Below, in pieces: positions 58,130 to 64,000 of a DNA stretch of 64,000 nt. The notes beneath the pieces are model-generated. The model did not search any database, was not told the DNA's origin, and worked only from the letters and a program-made list of their open reading frames with translations. Location: NCBI GenBank assembly GCA_937124615.1, contig CAKZKR010000097.1, positions 8,697 to 72,696 of the forward strand, written 5' to 3'. Position 1 is the stretch's first letter. The number at the start of each line of letters is the position of its first letter. The position numbers and the translations under genes were made by a program. Source of the stretch: an uncultured bacterium. Lineage in GTDB: Bacteria > Hydrogenedentota > Hydrogenedentia > Hydrogenedentales > Hydrogenedentaceae.

Positions 58130-58531
58130 TTGACGAATTTTTATAGTGATACAAAAGATATGAATTCTGTTGCTTTACTGTTGTGTCGTGCTCTAAAGAT
58201 ACAGCAGGAGGCAAGTGATTTTGGGTTTGAATGGAATAATGTTACAGGTATTTTAAATAAGATTCGTGAAGAATTGGAAGAGATTGAGAGAGAGGTATGT
58301 ACTCAGGATGTAGAGAAATTAAAAAAGGAAATAGGTGACTTATATTTGGTTTCATTGCATCTGGCTCAATATCTTAGATTAGACCCTATGGAGTGTCTTT
58401 TTATTTCTTATGAAACATTTCGGAATCGGTGGGAAAAAGTTCAATCTTTGATTACGGTTCTTCCGGAGGGTTCAGAAGAAAGACTGGAGTATTTAGAAGG
58501 ATTGTGGAGCCAGGTGAAACAGGAGGAGTAG
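58130..58531 (+). CDS. Single-domain MazG-like nucleotide pyrophosphohydrolase
   Basis: A..IQ..A...GFEW, KIREELEE, EIGDL, LDP..CL, F..RW. Confidence 0.8.
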   Translation: MTNFYSDTKDMNSVALLLCRALKIQQEASDFGFEWNNVTGILNKIREELEEIEREVCTQDVEKLKKEIGDLYLVSLHLAQYLRLDPMECLFISYETFRNRWEKVQSLITVLPEGSEERLEYLEGLWSQVKQEE

Positions 58532-58616
58532 GTGAACTTTTTTATCATGTAAAAATTTGTTGTGAAGAATAAAAAGTTTAATAGATAAATTAAGAAATTT
58601 TAGAAGGAAAGAAGAT

Positions 58617-60011
58617 ATGTCTTTTCAAACAGAAGAATCTTTATGGATTCGGGTTTTAGACCATCTTGAAGGTATATTAGAACCTCATATTTGTGAGCAT
58701 TGGTTTTCTCATGTTTCGTTTAGTGGATTTGATGGAGAGCGTATTGTTCTTTCTGTCCCTAATGAGTTTTTTCTCTGCTGGTTAAGGGAACGCTATGGGG
58801 CCGTTTTGGACGATGCTGTTCGTCAAGTATTTCAAAAGGAGGTTCCGATTGATTTTTGTATCCGGCCGGAGGAAAATTCAAAAACTGTAGCGGAAAAAGA
58901 TGTTGTAAAATCTGTGAAAGCGTTACCTGTGGAGAAAATTGAAAGAAAAAATAGTTCAATACAAAGTACGGGACAAAATGGATTGCGGTTAAATCCAAAT
59001 TACACTTTTGAAAATTTTGTGGTAGGTCATGGAAATGAGTTTGCGTATGCGGCTGCAAAGGCTGTTTCAGAGAGTCCTGGTAGAAATTACAACCCGCTGT
59101 TTATTTACGGTATGACAGGTCTGGGGAAGACCCACCTGATGCAGGGGATTGGACATCAATTGCTTCGTAGAGATAGTTCTAAAAAGGTAATGTATGTCAC
59201 ATCGGAAGAATTTACAAACGAATTAATTATGAGTATATCTGAGGGTAGTCAGTCAAGGTTTCGGGGCAAATATCGCAAAGTAGATATATTGCTTATTGAT
59301 GATATTCATTTTATTGCTGAAAAAGAAGCCACACAGGTTGAGTTTTTCCATACCTTTAATGAGTTATTCGACCAGCATAAACAGATTGTACTTTCGTCAG
59401 ATAGAAGTCCTAAAGAGATGCGAGGAGTAGAAAGCCGACTGGTATCGCGGTTCGAATGGGGATTGGTAGCCGATATACAACCCCCTGATTTTGAGACGCG
59501 GGTTGCTATCTTAAAAAGTAAGATGATGCAGAAAGGATATGAGTTAGATGATGTTATATTAGAATATATAGCAAAGTCTGTTACTTCCAATGTGCGTCAG
59601 TTGGAAGGGGCTTTAACAGGGGTTATTGCTTTGATGAAACTTCGGGGAAATGGCTCTATAACATTAGAGCAAGCGGAACAGGTTGTTCGGGATATAGAAG
59701 ACCGAAATCAAGTCCCCTGTATTACTCCCGAATCGATATTTCGGGCTGTGGCTGAAGTGTTTGATGTACGTTTAGTTGATTTAAGGGGAAGATGTAGGAA
59801 GAAACAGTATGTATTACCCCGTCAAATAGGGATGTATTTGTGCCGGTTATTAATTCCCAGTCTTTCACTGAGCTATATTGGGGAGTTATTTGGAGGGAAA
59901 GACCATACAACAGTTTTGCATTCCTGTGAGAGAGTAGAACAGGAATTGCAGAAAAAAGGTGAAACTTATCGATTGGTAGAATCGTTATTAAAGAAATTAA
60001 AAGGTGAATAA
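58617..60011 (+). CDS. dnaA: Chromosomal replication initiator DnaA
   Basis: YTFENFVVG, NPLFIYG.TGLGKTHL, LLIDDIHF, RL.SRFEWGL, NVRQLEGAL, PRQIGMYL, GGKDHTTV. Confidence 0.97.
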   Translation: MSFQTEESLWIRVLDHLEGILEPHICEHWFSHVSFSGFDGERIVLSVPNEFFLCWLRERYGAVLDDAVRQVFQKEVPIDFCIRPEENSKTVAEKDVVKSVKALPVEKIERKNSSIQSTGQNGLRLNPNYTFENFVVGHGNEFAYAAAKAVSESPGRNYNPLFIYGMTGLGKTHLMQGIGHQLLRRDSSKKVMYVTSEEFTNELIMSISEGSQSRFRGKYRKVDILLIDDIHFIAEKEATQVEFFHTFNELFDQHKQIVLSSDRSPKEMRGVESRLVSRFEWGLVADIQPPDFETRVAILKSKMMQKGYELDDVILEYIAKSVTSNVRQLEGALTGVIALMKLRGNGSITLEQAEQVVRDIEDRNQVPCITPESIFRAVAEVFDVRLVDLRGRCRKKQYVLPRQIGMYLCRLLIPSLSLSYIGELFGGKDHTTVLHSCERVEQELQKKGETYRLVESLLKKLKGE

Positions 60012-60074
60012 ATTCAGGAAATATCAATATAAAAACTTGAAAAATTGGAATAAAATTAATTATAGAAGTGGTTA

Positions 60075-60103
60075 TTGACTTAATGAGATAAATGTGCTAT
60101 AAT
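60075..60103 (+). promoter_or_regulatory. Sigma70 promoter of def-recR
   Basis: TTGACT-17-TATAAT with an extended -10 TG. Confidence 0.8.
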
Positions 60104-60177
60104 AGGGCAATTTTTTACGGTTTATAAAAGGTCTGTTTTTAAGATAAACAATTATTATTAGATAGAAGGATTTGATG

Positions 60178-60693
60178 ATGGCGATTTTAGATTTAGTTTT
60201 GTATCCGGATGACCCATTAACATCCGTTGCGGAACCTTTTGACCGCATTACATCCGATGTGATGGATTTAGCTCAGGATATGTTTGAGACAATGATAGCC
60301 TATGAAGGAGTCGGTTTAGCTGGACCGCAGGTAGGAATTCCCAAACAAATTATGGTTGTGCACGAGCCAGAAACCAAACCTATGTGTCTCATTAATCCGA
60401 CTCTAATTTTGCAAGGCGAACGCATTGAGGGAGAAGAAGGGTGTTTGAGTTTACCAAAAATTTATGCTGTAGTACCTCGTGCCTCACGGATTAAAGTTAA
60501 AGCATATAGTCCACGGGGGAAAAAATTAGAATTTGAAGCAGAAGATTTTTTAGCCCGGATTATTCAGCATGAATATGACCATTTGCAAGGAATGATTTTC
60601 TTAGATCGTATTGATATTATTACTCGTGAAGAAAAATACCAGGAATGGTTTGAAATTCGAAAGAAACTTTTGTCAGAAGTACAGCAGGGTTAG
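60178..60693 (+). CDS. def: Peptide deformylase
   Basis: GVGLAGPQVG, EGCLS and QHEYDHL motifs. Confidence 0.96.
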   Translation: MAILDLVLYPDDPLTSVAEPFDRITSDVMDLAQDMFETMIAYEGVGLAGPQVGIPKQIMVVHEPETKPMCLINPTLILQGERIEGEEGCLSLPKIYAVVPRASRIKVKAYSPRGKKLEFEAEDFLARIIQHEYDHLQGMIFLDRIDIITREEKYQEWFEIRKKLLSEVQQG

Positions 60694-60735
60694 TAATTTA
60701 TTAAAATAAATAAAGGTTAATGGCTATTTTTTTCA

Positions 60736-61341
60736 ATGCTTTATAATAATGAGTTGTTTGAGACTTTAGTTAATGCATTTCGTAAATTACCCGGGGTGGG
60801 AAAAAAAACGGCCGAAAGGTATGCTCTACATATTTTATCTTCCACTGAAGATGAAGTAAAAGAGTTCGTAGAAACGGTTTCCCAGATGAGAAAAAAAATA
60901 AGGCGTTGTCCGGAGTGTCAAGATTTTAGCGATACAGAACCATGTGCTATATGTGCATCATCGGAGAGAAATGGTGAATTGCTTTGTGTTGTTGAAAAGC
61001 CTTCGGGAGTGATGGCCATTGAGCGTTCAGGGGCCTATCGTGGAAAATACTATGTTTTGAATGGACTGTTAAGTCCGTTGGATGGGATTGGTCCAGAAGA
61101 ATTAGGGTTGTCGCAATTATTTAAGAAGGTAATTTCAAATAAGGTCAAAGAAATTATTATTGCCACAAGTGCGACAAGTGAAGGGGAAGCGACTGCATTA
61201 TATATAGCACATCAATTAAAACCGTTGGGGATAAATGTTACCAGAATTGCTCATGGTGTTCCTATGGGTGCGGGACTTGAATTAACAGATGATTATACTT
61301 TAAGGCAGGCTATGGATGGTCGAAAACCTTTAGATATATGA
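60736..61341 (+). CDS. recR: Recombination mediator RecR
   Basis: LPGVGKKTAER HhH, C4 zinc finger CPEC..CAIC, TOPRIM VVE..EGEATA, RIAHG.P.G. Confidence 0.95.
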   Translation: MLYNNELFETLVNAFRKLPGVGKKTAERYALHILSSTEDEVKEFVETVSQMRKKIRRCPECQDFSDTEPCAICASSERNGELLCVVEKPSGVMAIERSGAYRGKYYVLNGLLSPLDGIGPEELGLSQLFKKVISNKVKEIIIATSATSEGEATALYIAHQLKPLGINVTRIAHGVPMGAGLELTDDYTLRQAMDGRKPLDI

Positions 61342-61446
61342 GAGTATTATTATTTTTAATTATTTTTTGCTAAAAATTACACAGGATATTACTAGAAACG
61401 GAACGAGAAAGCGAGTAGTTATTTTTTTATTAGTGATATAAATAGT

Positions 61447-62445
61447 TTATTTCACAAGAGATGCGAGTTGGGTTCTTAGGAAGTTCTCAAAGTTTTTTAA
61501 ATTCAAATTACCGACTAATGCATTCTGGTTTTTATCCCAGACCAATTTACCTTCTAATATCATTCCAAATTGGCTTTTTAAGTAGTCCTGGATCATTGGA
61601 ATAGCCATTCCTGCGATAAATAACTCCATTTGTGCCTGAGCCTCAGGTTCTGCCTGTATGATTACCTTTGTATCGAGTTCGTCAGGGATTGTCTTTGGGT
61701 CGATAGTAATATTTATTTTGCGAAGTTTTTTTGCAATTTCGTAAATCATTTTTGCAAATTGGTTATTCTTTAATTCGTCTTGCCAATTGGTTTCTTGGGC
61801 ATTTAGAATACATGCGGTCCATACAAGAAAATCCCCGTTTGATAAATCCAGTTGTATTTCACAAAGATGTTTTGATTGTGAATCCAATTTCTTTGTTGTT
61901 TTATTCTCAACTTTCCAATCTTTCAAGACCTGTTCTTCTACACCCTCGGGTATTTTGATAGAACCTGATAAGGATAAATAACCTCGTTGGGGAAATTGCA
62001 GTCCATTTTTGTCCCATTCGATTTGATGGAGTTCTTTCCATGGCTGTGCACTTTGAAGCCATTCATAAGCGATAGGGCCGAGTCGTTTTTCATTGATGGA
62101 CAGGGTAAACGATACTTGATTTTTTGCAAATTCTGTGCGAGCCCAGAATCCCAATTCGTAAGGGAGTGCCATGGGGATGGTGGTTTTAGGAATAGGTATG
62201 GGTGTGTTTTTTTTGAGTTGTTCCCAGGGAAGCACTCGTTCAAGAATAGGTAGTGCGGGGGGAACATGAAGAATTATCTGACAGGTTGCAGAGTTCGGAA
62301 AATTATCTGTTAGGGGGCTATATGGTGCACGAGTTAGACCATAACTTTTAGCAATTTGCCATGTAATAATTCCTACGATGAGTAAAAGCACGGCTATCAA
62401 AATAAGAATAGAAATTAAACATCCTTTTTTAAATTGTGGGCTCAT
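61447..62445 (-). CDS. Hypothetical protein with an N-terminal membrane anchor
   Basis: 332-aa ORF, KKGCLISILILIAVLLLIVGII anchor, no recognised motif. Confidence 0.7.
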   Translation of the reverse strand: MSPQFKKGCLISILILIAVLLLIVGIITWQIAKSYGLTRAPYSPLTDNFPNSATCQIILHVPPALPILERVLPWEQLKKNTPIPIPKTTIPMALPYELGFWARTEFAKNQVSFTLSINEKRLGPIAYEWLQSAQPWKELHQIEWDKNGLQFPQRGYLSLSGSIKIPEGVEEQVLKDWKVENKTTKKLDSQSKHLCEIQLDLSNGDFLVWTACILNAQETNWQDELKNNQFAKMIYEIAKKLRKINITIDPKTIPDELDTKVIIQAEPEAQAQMELFIAGMAIPMIQDYLKSQFGMILEGKLVWDKNQNALVGNLNLKNFENFLRTQLASLVK

Positions 62446-62543
62446 AGATATTTCCCTTTATTTCAAGTATCTAAGTTGAAAATTTAACTCGAAATGAATA
62501 TACATTTTACAGAAGTTATAGATGGCATTCCAACTTCTTTCTT

Positions 62544-63500
62544 TCAGTCAGAGAAATTTCCAAGGGCTCTCTTTAAGCGTGTTTCAAAATCATAAAAGCG
62601 AACATCCCAACGGAGATGTTCTGTATTGGATGTTTCATTAATTTCCAATTGAATAGGTGAAGGAAGTTGCAATTGTATCCATTCTTTTAAGGTAAAAACA
62701 CTTTCTTTTATCTCCGTAGTTTCAGCAAGTGATAGGGGGGTTATAAAAAGACTTCCGCTTATAAGATTATCTTCAACAAGGTTTACATGAAGATATATCC
62801 ATTCTATATTGTTTAATGCACGATACCATGTAGATAGATATGTGTTATTCAAGCGAGGAAAACAACGGACAAGGTTTTCAAGGATGATGATTGCATTTTG
62901 TTCTCGATTTATCCAGAGAAGTTCAAGAAGATATTTGTTTTTTAATAATTTTGGAGGAGAAACAAAGTTATGAATACCTGTTGTTGGCCATGTTTTCTTC
63001 CCATAAACAAAACCCTCATTTATCCACAGGTCTTTTTGCACATTGGAAGATAGAGGACTTCTCCAGTCTATAAAGCAAAACTCATTTAGAAAACGGGAGG
63101 AGTTGAGTTCTTCAATAAAGGCTGTGCTGTTTCTTTTTTCAAGAAGAATAAGTCGAGATTCGAACCCTGTTCCGGGAATATAATCGAAGAGAAGTGAAAA
63201 TTCTCGAGGGAGATTGTGGAACCAATCTAATCGTATGGGGCCGGGTTGAAGGGATGAAAATCGTGGAATTTGTTTTATCCATCGAGTTGCAGTTGGTGCT
63301 AATTTCCGGATGTATTTTTGTGCTTTATAAGGCTGGAGGATAATGTAGCCGGATGTTGAGTCCTGAATATACCGGGGATAGATAACAGCCCTTGAAAATA
63401 AGGGATACAGAAATGTCCAAAATATCCATAAGAGAAGGGGTGATAGGAGAAGAGCAAGTAGTATGTAGGTTTTTTTTATTTTATTTAGAAATGTATTCAT
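62544..63500 (-). CDS. Hypothetical protein with an N-terminal membrane anchor, distant paralog of 61447-62445
   Basis: 318-aa ORF with a shared LP.E...EKR...E.L.S...E...I.W block. ATGA overlap with the upstream gene. Confidence 0.7.
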   Translation of the reverse strand: MNTFLNKIKKTYILLALLLSPLLLWIFWTFLYPLFSRAVIYPRYIQDSTSGYIILQPYKAQKYIRKLAPTATRWIKQIPRFSSLQPGPIRLDWFHNLPREFSLLFDYIPGTGFESRLILLEKRNSTAFIEELNSSRFLNEFCFIDWRSPLSSNVQKDLWINEGFVYGKKTWPTTGIHNFVSPPKLLKNKYLLELLWINREQNAIIILENLVRCFPRLNNTYLSTWYRALNNIEWIYLHVNLVEDNLISGSLFITPLSLAETTEIKESVFTLKEWIQLQLPSPIQLEINETSNTEHLRWDVRFYDFETRLKRALGNFSD

Positions 63501-64000
63501 GATAAAACCTTTTGTGGACTATAATAACATGCTGGATATGTATACAAAGGATGAAAGTTTTGTTTTAGGTAAAGTTTTAATGCAGGATTTCCAAATTGAG
63601 TCCATAGAAAAATGTTTTTAATTCCTCTATGAAACAATACCTGACACCATTTCTGAAGCAAAATTGTAGCGATTCCTTGACGCCGGTAAGAAGGATGGAC
63701 TGCTAAATGAAAGAGTGTTGCGCTTTTATTTCCTGTAAGATTTCCTAGGATGATTCCTACACTCTGCTCTTTTTGTTTGTATTGGAAACCTGTTGGAAAA
63801 GATGTGTTGTTCTGGATATAGATCAGGTTTTGTAAAAACTCATATGCATCATATGAGTCATATATCTCAGGATGGAGATATTTCCATGGGATATGTTCGT
63901 AGGCAGATTGCAAACACGAGATGATGGATGAGAAATTGTTTGAAGACAGAGGATGGATATTCTTATCTTTTATTTTGGTAAGGTGGTCCTTATCTTGCTC
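63497..64000 (-). CDS. GNAT family N-acetyltransferase (5' end outside the window)
   Basis: Frame is open to the window edge. LAVHPSYRRQGIA acetyl-CoA motif A and N.AL.LY.K.NF motif B. Confidence 0.85.
   Translation of the reverse strand, partial: EQDKDHLTKIKDKNIHPLSSNNFSSIISCLQSAYEHIPWKYLHPEIYDSYDAYEFLQNLIYIQNNTSFPTGFQYKQKEQSVGIILGNLTGNKSATLFHLAVHPSYRRQGIATILLQKWCQVLFHRGIKNIFLWTQFGNPALKLYLKQNFHPLYTYPACYYSPQKVLS

Overview
AT-rich bacterial chromosomal window. It is probably from a Candidatus Hydrogenedentota (Hydrogenedens-like) genome; this is inferred from the EGEG acidic-repeat surface protein and the DUF1559/H-X9-DG prepilin-like protein, not proven. Housekeeping genes include trkH, hisS, ftsA, pdxA, recF, dciA, gyrA, gyrB, rsgA, pncB, nadE, dinB, dnaA, def, recR and tRNA-Val(GAC). 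These are interleaved with envelope, stress and carbohydrate genes: two tandem type IV pilins, a MoxR-DUF58-transglutaminase operon, hcp-rrf2 and a Tat-exported SOD, GH39/GH5 enzymes and surface proteins. I found no CRISPR array, IS element, integrase or prophage gene. The most notable signal missed by the ORF track is a self-contained transcription unit at 47924-48373 (sigma70 promoter, two strong RBSs, intrinsic terminator). It encodes two leaderless 35- and 40-aa amphipathic helical peptides reminiscent of phenol-soluble modulins or leaderless bacteriocins. Other highlights: an A8 homopolymer frameshift in a DUF1559 prepilin-like gene; an 11-bp inverted repeat directly after the dinB -10 box (candidate lineage-specific SOS operator); a sigma54-like motif variant shared by the pilin and peptide loci; an orphan ftsA coupled to a coiled-coil gene; a catalytically dead hydrolase heading the MoxR operon; a dismembered and partly inverted dnaA-recF-gyrBA cluster; and two more unannotated small membrane proteins. 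All motif positions were read by eye and no database searches were run.
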